Below the pieces are notes generated by a model, which was given only the letters and a program-made list of their open reading frames with translations, did not search any database and had not been told where the DNA came from. Made by a program: the position numbers and the translations under genes. From a virus (Duplodnaviria; Heunggongvirae; Uroviricota; Caudoviricetes; Ackermannviridae), in the IMG/VR virus record IMGVR_UViG_2974514734_000001, positions 32,683-96,682 of that record: a DNA stretch of 64,000 nt; one strand, given 5' to 3'. Shown one piece after another: positions 7,634-16,647 of the stretch (positions are counted from its first letter, which is position 1; each line of letters opens with the position of its first letter).

Positions 7634-8362
7634 ATGAACACACAAATCTATGATGTCCTTTCCTCTGGCAATGCATTTAGCAATCCGCTTCCATCCCTCT
7701 CCGGTCCTTCTCAGGATTTAATAACCAGTGGCATCACCAATATACCATTGATAACTGCCAACGCTACTCCGGAGATGCAGGCGGCTATGGCAGCTGGTGG
7801 ACTAACACCAGAAATACTCACAGCAGCCACCACCATGTATAGCACCGCCAACACAGGGATAACAACTCTGAACACATATGGCGACCAAAGTATCAATGAC
7901 GCGTATTCTCGCATCGGTACTTCCGTGTCATACAAATCAGGTCTGAAGGGTATATCACGAGAGCCAAACAATTGTGATTTGATCAACAAGGCTTTTGGTG
8001 TTGTTCAGGATTTAGGACGCCAATGGCTGAATGCTATGGAAGGCGCTCTACAGACCGTAACAAACAAGATATCGGAATTATATGAGATGATCATGGAAGG
8101 TGCCTCAGAAGGAATGGCAAAGCTGCAGGAATTGGCTGCAGAAGTAACGGGACACATCAATACTGCGATAACCGCAGTCAACGGGGTTATAAGTGATATT
8201 ACAGATGGTATAGCCGCAGAACTTGCTCACATCGAAAGCATGATCAAAGAGTGCTTGAATTTCTCTTTTGCTAACGTGCTCGGGGAATGGGCTAAAGATC
8301 TGTGCGCCGGAGGTGTTATTGACAAAATAGGGACTCCAGCATTAAAAGAATCCCTGAAATAA
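7634..8362 (+). CDS. hypothetical protein (242 aa)
   Basis: ORF. Confidence 0.5.
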   Translation: MNTQIYDVLSSGNAFSNPLPSLSGPSQDLITSGITNIPLITANATPEMQAAMAAGGLTPEILTAATTMYSTANTGITTLNTYGDQSINDAYSRIGTSVSYKSGLKGISREPNNCDLINKAFGVVQDLGRQWLNAMEGALQTVTNKISELYEMIMEGASEGMAKLQELAAEVTGHINTAITAVNGVISDITDGIAAELAHIESMIKECLNFSFANVLGEWAKDLCAGGVIDKIGTPALKESLK

Positions 8363-8363
8363 A

Positions 8364-8984
8364 TCAATGACGAGCAGGGAGGACTCCCACTGGTTCGATG
8401 CCTTCGATCATCAGGGAGTCCTCTCCAACATCGCTCAAGCGAATCCAAACCTTACCCCCTGGCCTTATCTCATAGATGTTCATCTCGTTTCCAACAGCAG
8501 ACCCATTCACAAAAACGCCTTGAGTAGCAATCCGAATAGGCGTTTTGGTGTTGTTAATTATCTGAAAAGATATCGTCATATCCCTTGTCAATTCCACATT
8601 TCTTGCTGTTGTATATCTCCTCATTTTTTCAAAGAAAGATGGATTGAATGTGGCTATGATGCTGTTGTTTTGTGAGTAGTAAATACTGGCAGACAGGTAA
8701 GGGATTTTCCCCTCATCACCTTTCCTCAATAGAGGGATCGTGGTTTTCCAGTACGGTCTCAACGCCTGGTTGTTATCATCAAAACAACCGACGGCTTGTA
8801 TGGTTTGGAAATTCTGGAAGTCCGCCACAACTTGATCCAGTAACTTTTTATTACATTTGTCGACATCAGCAGAAATATTGACTGGTATAGTTCTGATTTC
8901 AGGATCCCAAAGATCGGTGACAGAAATCACGGACGTGACAAAGATACGGCAGCTTGTAAGTACAAGCACCATTATCATCGTCAT
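8364..8984 (-). CDS. putative lipoprotein (signal peptide with LTSC lipobox)
   Basis: Start chosen at MTMIMVLVLTSC… (ORF in track extends to 9062); lone minus-strand gene in a plus-strand block. Confidence 0.4.
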   Translation of the reverse strand: MTMIMVLVLTSCRIFVTSVISVTDLWDPEIRTIPVNISADVDKCNKKLLDQVVADFQNFQTIQAVGCFDDNNQALRPYWKTTIPLLRKGDEGKIPYLSASIYYSQNNSIIATFNPSFFEKMRRYTTARNVELTRDMTISFQIINNTKTPIRIATQGVFVNGSAVGNEMNIYEIRPGGKVWIRLSDVGEDSLMIEGIEPVGVLPARH

Positions 8985-9047
8985 GATCCATTTTCTGAAT
9001 CCGCGTATCAGGAACACTAAAACGTTCTCCACAGCAAAGGTGCTAAC

Positions 9048-9545
9048 ATGACAGGTGTACAATTCAAAAACGAAAATCCTAATTTCGCGGCTTCCGATAA
9101 ATGGCGCTTAACCATCGGAGACCTGGTGCTGCTAACCCGTTCGATACATGACTTCAGTATCCCTGGCGTGTATTCCGAAGGTATCGAAGGCCCATCCCCT
9201 GGCGATGTCCTAAACTCTATACCTTCAGAACGTCTCACGTATGACCCCATCGTATTTACGTTCGTTATCGATGAGAGTTGGTACAACTGGGAACAGATTT
9301 ACAATTGGATCGCTTCGAACGCTGGTTCAGATTTAGCTGTTAGCCGCGACATCACCATCGACCTTCTTGATAACATGAATCGACCTATTGGTCTACAATT
9401 GTTGTTGGAAGAAGCCCGTCCCACAGCTTTGGATAACGTATTGGTGGATGTGGATGCTGCGGTTCCCCAACTGGTCACGACTGTTACGTTCAAATATTTG
9501 AAACTGACACCGACCCGCGTAACCCGCGAAATTGATAAACAATAA
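9048..9545 (+). CDS. hypothetical protein (165 aa)
   Basis: ORF. Confidence 0.45.
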   Translation: MTGVQFKNENPNFAASDKWRLTIGDLVLLTRSIHDFSIPGVYSEGIEGPSPGDVLNSIPSERLTYDPIVFTFVIDESWYNWEQIYNWIASNAGSDLAVSRDITIDLLDNMNRPIGLQLLLEEARPTALDNVLVDVDAAVPQLVTTVTFKYLKLTPTRVTREIDKQ

Positions 9546-9583
9546 GTTATAATACAGAGAGTTGAAACAGCAGGAAATAAACC

Positions 9584-10039
9584 ATGAGTGAAACAAAATT
9601 TGAAACAATGAAGACCGAAGATATAATGGCGGAATTAGATCCTCTTATTTCGGTGAATCCTGAAGACATGAATTTAGACCAAATATCATTGAAAATTGGT
9701 CGTTCATGGATGGCTGTCCAGCGCCATTACATTCGTGAAGGGCGTTATCTAGAATTTTTGACAGGAAAATTCCGTCAAATCGATCTTTATTTACGTCGGT
9801 ATTATGCAGGGGAATTACCACCCAACGTTTATGTTGAACGCCCATTAAAAGTTCGCCCCCTGAAATCCGATATAGATGTATGGGTAAAAGCAGATGATGA
9901 TTATATCGAATTGTCTAGCATGCTTCAAGAGCAGAAAGCCAAAGTCAAGTTCATCGAAAGTTGCTTAGATCGTTTGAACAAACTCGGCTATGAAGTGAAA
10001 AATGCGATTGATTGGCGAAAATATTTGGACGGTATGTGA
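9584..10039 (+). CDS. uvsY: recombination mediator UvsY-like
   Basis: 151 aa; …YYAGE… and C-terminal FIESCLDRLNKLGYEVKNAIDW resemble T4 UvsY …YYSGRG… / LDFCSGALDAIKSRGFAIKHIQD; adjacent to uvsW as in T4. Confidence 0.65.
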   Translation: MSETKFETMKTEDIMAELDPLISVNPEDMNLDQISLKIGRSWMAVQRHYIREGRYLEFLTGKFRQIDLYLRRYYAGELPPNVYVERPLKVRPLKSDIDVWVKADDDYIELSSMLQEQKAKVKFIESCLDRLNKLGYEVKNAIDWRKYLDGM

Positions 10040-10785
10040 TGGTTTCCCTGCAGGCTTTGCGTAAACTCAATGATTTTGAGAACCGCCATTACACATTTCA
10101 GCAGTATGCCTTGCCCTTTAAGGAACTGACTTGTATAACAACGGAAAACGGTCGCCATTATGTGTCTCCAACAGGCGTCAAACTCACATCTGTAACAACG
10201 ATGTTGGGGCGTACCGGAGATCATACATGGTTAGAAGCCTGGCGGGACAAGTTGGGACACGAAGCCGCCGATATCGAAACAGAGCGTTGCGCAGACCGTG
10301 GGGAAAAACTTCATTTGGCCTGTGAATTATATCTCAAAAACAGGCCGATGAAGGAAGTGTTAGAAGCCGCAGGGGAATACGTGTTTATGTTTAAACAGGT
10401 CTTCCCCTACCTGAACAAAATGAGCAAGATATACGCACAGGAGATTCCGTTATATAGCGAAGTCCTTGGTCTTGCTGGTCGTGTTGATCTCATCGGCGTT
10501 TACGAGGGAATCCCCAGCATTATCGATTTCAAAACATCTAACACCCTGAAAACTCGGAGCATGATAGAAGATTACAGCATTCAACTATGCCTGTACTCAG
10601 TCATGTTTCAACAGATGTTTAATGTTAAGATCGAACGTTTGGTCAATATTATATCTAACGAAAATTCTCTTGTCCCGACTATAATCGAATTTAATCGAAA
10701 AGACGTTATTTCTAAAATGTTTGATCGTGTTCGCCTGTATCATAAAATGGATAAAGAACAGAACGGGATCTGGGCGGATCGCTAA
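10039..10785 (+). CDS. PD-(D/E)xK nuclease (YqaJ/Cas4/RecB-like fold)
   Basis: …GRVDLIGVYEGIPSIIDFKTS… (D…D-x-K motif); ATG overlaps the uvsY stop (TGATG). Confidence 0.5.
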   Translation: MVSLQALRKLNDFENRHYTFQQYALPFKELTCITTENGRHYVSPTGVKLTSVTTMLGRTGDHTWLEAWRDKLGHEAADIETERCADRGEKLHLACELYLKNRPMKEVLEAAGEYVFMFKQVFPYLNKMSKIYAQEIPLYSEVLGLAGRVDLIGVYEGIPSIIDFKTSNTLKTRSMIEDYSIQLCLYSVMFQQMFNVKIERLVNIISNENSLVPTIIEFNRKDVISKMFDRVRLYHKMDKEQNGIWADR

Positions 10786-10813
10786 ATACTCCATAATATT
10801 GGGGGAATTAGTG

Positions 10814-12319
10814 ATGTCAGAAATTCAAATAATCAAAGTTAACGAAGTGCGCATGCGAATCTTGGCGGAGGACTATATCCGCGAAGAACTCAACGATTAC
10901 TTCAAATTTGAAGATCCTAATTTCCAACCGAATCCATTCAGTAAATGGGATGGCGTGGTACGCTTGTTCACAAAGAGTTCTGGCCTTATAGACATCGGTC
11001 TGTTGTTTGAGGTGTTTAAGTTCTGTAAGATGAATGGTTACACCATCAAATTAGATCCCGCCTTAAAATATATCCAAGATATACCAGACGAAGAGATACA
11101 TACATTTATCAATTCCCTGAACGCTGTTTACCGTGATGAAAACAAGCAATACCAAATCGCAACAGTGCGTGACTATCAATTCGACTCAGTGGCCACAGCA
11201 ATACGCCAATCCAGATGCGTGCTAGAAGCGGCTACGAGCGCGGGTAAATCGTTTATTTTGTACATCATGGCGCGTTACTACAGGCAACGCAGAGAGGCAC
11301 TGGAAAGCAATCTCAAGACGTTGATCGTTGTACCTTCCATTCACTTGGTGACTCAGTTGTATGACAACTTTGAGGAATACAGCCACGGGACAGATTGGAA
11401 TCCGATGATGAATGTCCAAATGATATGTGAAGGTGCAACAAAGGATATATTCAAGCCCATAGTCATTTCCACTTGGCAGGGAATTCAGAATCAGCCCAAA
11501 GAATGGTTCCATCAATTTGGGGATATTGTTGTCGACGAAGTACACACATCTAAATCTGAAAAGCTATCTTATATCCTGAACAACTGCATTAATGCTGACC
11601 AAAGATTGGGTGTAACCGGAACCCTCGCGAATACAAAGGTTGCAGGGTTGCAGGTCGTTGCCCATTTTGGAGCATACCATAAAATTATTACAGCACGTGA
11701 TTTAATAAATCTTGGTTATGCCACAGATATCCATGTCAACATGATTGAAGTCATACATCCCATGGCGGATTGTATAGAAATGCATGGTGCTGAGTATCAA
11801 AAGGAAATAGAATTCCTCATAGCGAATGAACGTCGAAACGAATTGATAGCCAAAATGGCGTTGTCTTTGAAAGGTAACGTGGCCGTCATGTTCGAACGCA
11901 TTGACGCCCATATGATGATTGTTTATGAAATGCTTTCAGCCGTTAAGAAAAACGTATTTGTCATTAACGGCGAAGTTAAGACAGAAGTTCGTAAACAAAT
12001 TCAGGCAGCGATGGAAGAGGGTGAAGATATAACACTGTTGGCATCTTATGGGACCATGCAACAGGGCGTGTCGATCAAAAAACTTCATCATCTGATATTG
12101 GCACACCCGAGTAAATCCTATATTCGTGTCATACAGACTTTAGGGCGTCTCATGCGCCAGCACTCTTCAAAGGATGTTGCCAAGATCTGGGATTTAGTAG
12201 ACAACTTGCGTTACAAAGGATTTTCGTACAACCATGCCCTTAGACATTCACATGAAAGATATAAATTTTATCTTATGGAGCGACACCCTGTACAAATGAA
12301 GAAAGTGTCGCTCCAGTAA
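10814..12319 (+). CDS. uvsW: UvsW-like SF2 DNA helicase
   Basis: Walker A AATSAGKS, DEVH box (IVVDEVH), helicase C motifs; start at MSEIQ with GGGGGA RBS (track ORF starts earlier and overlaps the upstream gene). Confidence 0.85.
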   Translation: MSEIQIIKVNEVRMRILAEDYIREELNDYFKFEDPNFQPNPFSKWDGVVRLFTKSSGLIDIGLLFEVFKFCKMNGYTIKLDPALKYIQDIPDEEIHTFINSLNAVYRDENKQYQIATVRDYQFDSVATAIRQSRCVLEAATSAGKSFILYIMARYYRQRREALESNLKTLIVVPSIHLVTQLYDNFEEYSHGTDWNPMMNVQMICEGATKDIFKPIVISTWQGIQNQPKEWFHQFGDIVVDEVHTSKSEKLSYILNNCINADQRLGVTGTLANTKVAGLQVVAHFGAYHKIITARDLINLGYATDIHVNMIEVIHPMADCIEMHGAEYQKEIEFLIANERRNELIAKMALSLKGNVAVMFERIDAHMMIVYEMLSAVKKNVFVINGEVKTEVRKQIQAAMEEGEDITLLASYGTMQQGVSIKKLHHLILAHPSKSYIRVIQTLGRLMRQHSSKDVAKIWDLVDNLRYKGFSYNHALRHSHERYKFYLMERHPVQMKKVSLQ

Positions 12320-12320
12320 T

Positions 12321-12698
12321 TCATTTGTCTTGGTTCACATAGGCGGGGGTTGCCTCGCCTTCTTTGTCAGAACCGAACAAACAACCCATCGTGTTGATGC
12401 ATTGTTGTAGAACTTCCGGTTCAAGAATCTGACTCATCAGTTCTTCATTAGATTCCATCAGCGGGATGACTTTTACTTCCCGCGCCTGTCCTTGTTGGAT
12501 AATGCCGATATACAGACCTTTGGTGTCTGGCAGTAACGGGATCACCATCATTGGTGTCACGACAAACTTAGAAGTGCAATAGAGGCTGTGTAAGTAAACA
12601 CCTTTCAATGTCGGTTGTGCTTCTGCCAACATTGAAGACATTGAAAGGTTGGATTCTTGAACTTCCCCCACTGCATATAAACCTACGAATTGTTCCAT
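12321..12698 (-). CDS. hypothetical acidic protein (125 aa), convergent with and abutting uvsW
   Basis: AAGAGAG RBS on minus strand; stop 1 nt from the uvsW stop. Confidence 0.5.
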   Translation of the reverse strand: MEQFVGLYAVGEVQESNLSMSSMLAEAQPTLKGVYLHSLYCTSKFVVTPMMVIPLLPDTKGLYIGIIQQGQAREVKVIPLMESNEELMSQILEPEVLQQCINTMGCLFGSDKEGEATPAYVNQDK

Positions 12699-12905
12699 AT
12701 ATCACTCTCTTGTTAGTAAACATAACTACATAATAATCTCATGCTGTGTTTAGACCAAATAAATTATTTTGCTAGTTGAATAAAAATCGCTTTCTTGTTG
12801 AACAATCCGTGCGTAATATACGAGTTGTGAGCTTTGCGAGCAACGAGTATTATCACGAGCGAAGCGAGTAGACTGTTAAAGAAAGGTTTTATTAAAACAG
12901 AATAT

Positions 12906-12930
12906 TATAAATGCCGTCAGGCATTTATTT
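12906..12930. promoter_or_regulatory. palindrome ATAAATGCC-gtca-GGCATTTAT containing TATAAATG (late-promoter-like on both strands)
   Basis: Perfect 9-bp inverted repeat inside a 335-bp non-coding region. Confidence 0.3.
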
Positions 12931-13034
12931 ATCGCGCGTAGGGCAATTTATTACTTGTTCTATAACTACAAACACGCGATACTAATTTGCGTCAAATATG
13001 ACTTGAACCCCACTATATTTTGAGGATACAACTA

Positions 13035-13703
13035 ATGCAAGAGATCACTCTCTCCGAACGCACTTTACAACTGCTGGCTAACTTTGAAACCATCTGCCCC
13101 TCTATCGTTCTGGCACCTGGTAAAAAGTTGCGCACTGTTAACGATTCCAGTACAGTTATCGCTATTGCCGACATCGACGAAGACTTCCCGTTCGAATTCC
13201 CGATTCTGGATCTGACCAAATTGCTGGCAATCCAGCGTCTGCCGAGTTTTAAAGGCGGTAAAATTGAAATGTCAGAAGACCACATTTTGCTGAAAGGTGA
13301 AAACTCCCAACTGCAATTCTGGCGTTCCGCTAAAGAACTGACTGTCGTTCCGGCGGACAGCATCGATCTTACGTCTGTAGAATTTGAAGCAACGGTCACT
13401 CCTGAAAAAATGAAAGAGCTGACTCGCGCCTGTTCTACTCTGGGTCACAAAACTGTACGTCTGGTTGCCAGCGGCGGTAAAACTCGTCTGGTGGGCACGA
13501 CCACTACTATCGACAATTCCAACGATTACACTGTTGAGTTGGGTGAAACAACTCTGGGTGATTTTGCTATGCCTGTTGATGTGGTCAACCTGAAAATGAT
13601 CGAAGGCAACTACGTGATCCGCGCCTGTGCCGAAATGCAACTGGTTAACTTCCAATCCGCAGACGGCACCATCAACTATTACGTCGGCATGCAGCTGGAT
13701 TAA
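13035..13703 (+). CDS. 45: sliding clamp gp45
   Basis: 222 aa, GAGGA RBS; same length class and position as T4 gp45, followed by a terminator then gp44. Confidence 0.8.
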   Translation: MQEITLSERTLQLLANFETICPSIVLAPGKKLRTVNDSSTVIAIADIDEDFPFEFPILDLTKLLAIQRLPSFKGGKIEMSEDHILLKGENSQLQFWRSAKELTVVPADSIDLTSVEFEATVTPEKMKELTRACSTLGHKTVRLVASGGKTRLVGTTTTIDNSNDYTVELGETTLGDFAMPVDVVNLKMIEGNYVIRACAEMQLVNFQSADGTINYYVGMQLD

Positions 13704-13728
13704 TCAATAACGATTCGGCGCTTTATTA

Positions 13729-13755
13729 TCGGTGGCGGGGGTTTCCCCGCCCTTT
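13729..13755 (+). terminator. terminator GGCGGGGGtttCCCCGCC plus CTTTG
   Basis: GC-rich hairpin between gp45 and gp44, as in T4. Confidence 0.55.
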
Positions 13756-13781
13756 GAAACGTTTTATCTAAAGAGGCTGCA

Positions 13782-14771
13782 ATGTCTAACATCACTATCG
13801 TCACAGATCAATACGCGTGGGAAAACAAATATCGCCCTGACAATCTGGATGAGATCGTCCTCCCTTCAGACGTCCGTGCAAAAATCCATGGCTATGTTAC
13901 ATCAGGCAATGGAAACATCCCCTCAATGCTGTTCTATTCCCCTCAGCCTGGTACGGGCAAGACTACTTCTGCTCTGGCTGTGTGTAACGAAATCGGTTGC
14001 ATCAAACCGTTGATGATCAATGCGTCACTGGATAACAGCATTGATGTCATCCGTGACCGTGTTATTCAATACGCAACTGGCGTCAGTGTTTTCGGTGGCC
14101 GCAAAGTCGTTATCCTCGATGAAGTTGAGCGACTTTCCATGGCGGCGCAGGAATCCCTGAAAGGCATCGTAGAGAAAGTCTCCAAAAACTGCTCCTTCAT
14201 CCTGACGACTAATGCGAAACAGCGCGTTAACGAACCTCTGCGTTCCCGCTGTCGTGAAATTGATTTTATCTGGTCCGAAAAGGAAGCAGATGAAGTTAAA
14301 CTCCAATTCATGCGTCGTTGCGCAACTATCCTGACAGAGGAAGGTATTCCGTATGAAGCTGGTGTAATTGCTTCCATTGTGAAAGCATATTTCCCAGATA
14401 ATCGCAAAATTATGGGAACTCTTCAGGATAATGCCACCACGTTTGGTAAAATCGATGAACGCGCTCTGGCACAGGTTAAAGCAGGGGAATTCCAAGCGCT
14501 GGTTGATTTCCTGAAAACCAATGATTGGGCTGGGATGAAGCAGTGGGTGACCGACAACCAAAACTACATCACTGAAGATTTTTATTCCCGTTTCTTCCAT
14601 TTCTGCGTTCCCCAGAACAAGGAAAAGACTCCTTTGATTCAAAAAGAGTCAATCCCTGATCTGGTATGTGTCTGTGGTCAGTCTCAGATTGAACATCGTT
14701 CCGTCGGCGACGTCTGGTTACACGGCGTTTACTTCTTGACAAACGTCATGCTAAACATCAAATGGAAGTAA
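13782..14771 (+). CDS. 44: clamp loader large subunit gp44 (AAA+)
   Basis: Walker A PQPGTGKTT, DEVE Walker B, SRC motif (LRSRC). Confidence 0.9.
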   Translation: MSNITIVTDQYAWENKYRPDNLDEIVLPSDVRAKIHGYVTSGNGNIPSMLFYSPQPGTGKTTSALAVCNEIGCIKPLMINASLDNSIDVIRDRVIQYATGVSVFGGRKVVILDEVERLSMAAQESLKGIVEKVSKNCSFILTTNAKQRVNEPLRSRCREIDFIWSEKEADEVKLQFMRRCATILTEEGIPYEAGVIASIVKAYFPDNRKIMGTLQDNATTFGKIDERALAQVKAGEFQALVDFLKTNDWAGMKQWVTDNQNYITEDFYSRFFHFCVPQNKEKTPLIQKESIPDLVCVCGQSQIEHRSVGDVWLHGVYFLTNVMLNIKWK

Positions 14772-14775
14772 TATT

Positions 14776-15198
14776 ATGGCCGCTCCGTCACTGTTCGATT
14801 ACCTCGGTGCGTTGAATAGCACCAAAGAGAATCTGTTGATGACCGAAGACCCCGAAATCAGAAAGGCATTTGATCCTTTCATGACTCGGCGCGGCCTTGC
14901 TCAGAGTAAAGACACGCTTGTGGTTGCTGAACAAATGAACCGCTTCCATGCCATTACTCCTTGGATGCAATGGAACCTGGCGTTTCATAGCATTCCGGCA
15001 AAACGTCGCTATGACAAGTGGTCTAAGAAGGGAGCTATGGATCCTGATGTAAAATTGATTTCTGAGTATTATTACATCAGTCCTGAAAAGGCTTCAGAAT
15101 ATGTTCGATTCCTGCCGAAAGAAGTCCTGGCTGAAATCAAGGCGAAGGTCGAACGTTCCAACAGCAACGAAAAAGCCAAACCGCGCAAGGCTAAGTAA
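14776..15198 (+). CDS. 62: clamp loader small subunit gp62
   Basis: AKRRYDKWSKKG resembles T4 gp62 PRGKRYGKWAKL; immediately after gp44. Confidence 0.65.
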   Translation: MAAPSLFDYLGALNSTKENLLMTEDPEIRKAFDPFMTRRGLAQSKDTLVVAEQMNRFHAITPWMQWNLAFHSIPAKRRYDKWSKKGAMDPDVKLISEYYYISPEKASEYVRFLPKEVLAEIKAKVERSNSNEKAKPRKAK

Positions 15199-15227
15199 TT
15201 CAAATAATTGTTAAAGGGGTATGAGTC

Positions 15228-15692
15228 ATGGCGCGTAATACGCTGGACATCTTAAAACTTTCAGCTGTCAACGATGAGGCCAGCATTGTTGACTGTATGG
15301 TTGAAGTTCAATTGAACCAAGACAAACCAGGGATTTTCCTGGGTATCAAGGAAACGCTGAGTCGGATAGGGGTTAACACTCGTCAAGAGCCTAACACCTT
15401 GTATCAAACGTGCCATATTCTGCATAAATTTGGCAGATATCACATCGTGCATTTCAAGCATTTGTTCATGCTAGATGGGCACTACAACGGCTTTACGCGT
15501 GAAGATGTCCTGCGTATGAATCGGATTATACGGCTTCTGGAGCAATGGAATATGGTTAAGATCTTGCATCCGGAACAAATAACCGAAGTGGCTGACATGT
15601 CTCGGATCAAAGTTGTAAAACATGACCAAGTTTCTGAGTGGAAATTGGTTCCAAAATACACTATTCGCCCAAGTCGGGCAAAAAGCGAATAA
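15228..15692 (+). CDS. regA: translational repressor RegA
   Basis: …KETLSRIGVN…LYQTCHILHKFGRYHIVHFKHLFMLDG…EWKLVPKYTI matches T4 RegA almost motif for motif. Confidence 0.9.
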   Translation: MARNTLDILKLSAVNDEASIVDCMVEVQLNQDKPGIFLGIKETLSRIGVNTRQEPNTLYQTCHILHKFGRYHIVHFKHLFMLDGHYNGFTREDVLRMNRIIRLLEQWNMVKILHPEQITEVADMSRIKVVKHDQVSEWKLVPKYTIRPSRAKSE

Positions 15693-15708
15693 CTGGAGTC
15701 GCTATATT

Positions 15709-16578
15709 ATGACAACTACATTTAATAAAAACGTGAGATTGAATTTGGCTTTTGGTAATGCGGCTGGAGATATTACAGCCCCTGACTTCGGTAAAATTCG
15801 CAATCAGGCCAAACTGGTTCTGGAAGAGACCCGCGAATTACTGGAAGCGGCTTATTTCGACCACGAGGTGAAAATTGAGTTCACTGCATCTCCGCGAGTC
15901 CTGAAAGAACCTGCTGTTGTCGACATCAAAGACATTATGCGCCAGATTTTGGACGCTCAGGGCGACATCACAACAGTCAATGACGGCGTGGCACACATTG
16001 CTGGTTTTAATGGTGATGAATGTTTACAACGTGTGTTTGCCTCTAACATGAGCAAATTTATTCGCTCAGAAGATGAAGTCGGTCCGGCACTGGAATATTA
16101 TTATTCACGCGGTTTCCCAGATGGCCAGTTACGCGTTGAAGGTGAATTCCCTCAGGCATGCATCAAAGTGAATGAGACTGTGATGTGGAATGGCAAAGAA
16201 TATCCGAAAGGAAAATTCCTGAAAAACATGGCTGTGTTCAAAGAGCCTGATTTCTCTGATATGCTGACGAATACCCCTTCCCGTCAGATCAATGACATCG
16301 TTGTCAGCATGGCAATTGAAGAAGGACAGGTATTTGTTGATGATCTGAACGGCGTGGCGTTGGTATCTCCAAAAACGTTGGAAGTAATTCTTTCTATGGC
16401 AGTTGAAAAATCTTCTCGACCAGTAGATGTTAACGGCCAAATTGAAAGTTATGTGCCAGCGTATATCATTAACGATACCAATATGCCTAAGCTGTGTGGG
16501 GTGTGGGGTGCTAATGTTCGCGTATACGCGTGCGCACCTGTTCAAAACACTGTGACACACCTCTCTCGCTTCGATTAA
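15709..16578 (+). CDS. MazG-like (all-alpha NTP pyrophosphatase, T4 gp56 dCTPase-like) N-terminal domain protein with unknown C-terminal domain
   Basis: LVLEETRELLEAAYF … VFASNMSKF resemble the MazG EExxE… and …N..K motifs and T4 gp56 ADETRELYTSLGG; GGAG RBS; sits where T4 has gene 43. Confidence 0.4.
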   Translation: MTTTFNKNVRLNLAFGNAAGDITAPDFGKIRNQAKLVLEETRELLEAAYFDHEVKIEFTASPRVLKEPAVVDIKDIMRQILDAQGDITTVNDGVAHIAGFNGDECLQRVFASNMSKFIRSEDEVGPALEYYYSRGFPDGQLRVEGEFPQACIKVNETVMWNGKEYPKGKFLKNMAVFKEPDFSDMLTNTPSRQINDIVVSMAIEEGQVFVDDLNGVALVSPKTLEVILSMAVEKSSRPVDVNGQIESYVPAYIINDTNMPKLCGVWGANVRVYACAPVQNTVTHLSRFD

Positions 16579-16597
16579 TATAATCCGTTATTCACTA

Positions 16598-16630
16598 AAC
16601 AACAGAGGCTATAATGGCCTCTGTTTTTGT
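16598..16630 (+). terminator. terminator AACAGAGGCtataatgGCCTCTGTT plus TTTGT
   Basis: 9-bp stem, T-run. Confidence 0.6.
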
Positions 16631-16647
16631 ATTCTAGAGAGGATACC

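Noticed and set aside
10721-10813. Extended N-terminus of uvsW from the ORF track (start 10721)
   Set aside because: It overlaps the upstream nuclease gene in another frame. An in-frame ATG at 10814 has a GGGGGA RBS and gives a conventional N-terminus (MSEIQ…).
12321-12698. Minus-strand 125-aa protein as UvsY
   Set aside because: UvsY is better assigned to 9584-10039 on the plus strand, which carries the YYAGE and C-terminal helix similarity to T4 UvsY. The 125-aa protein shows none of it.
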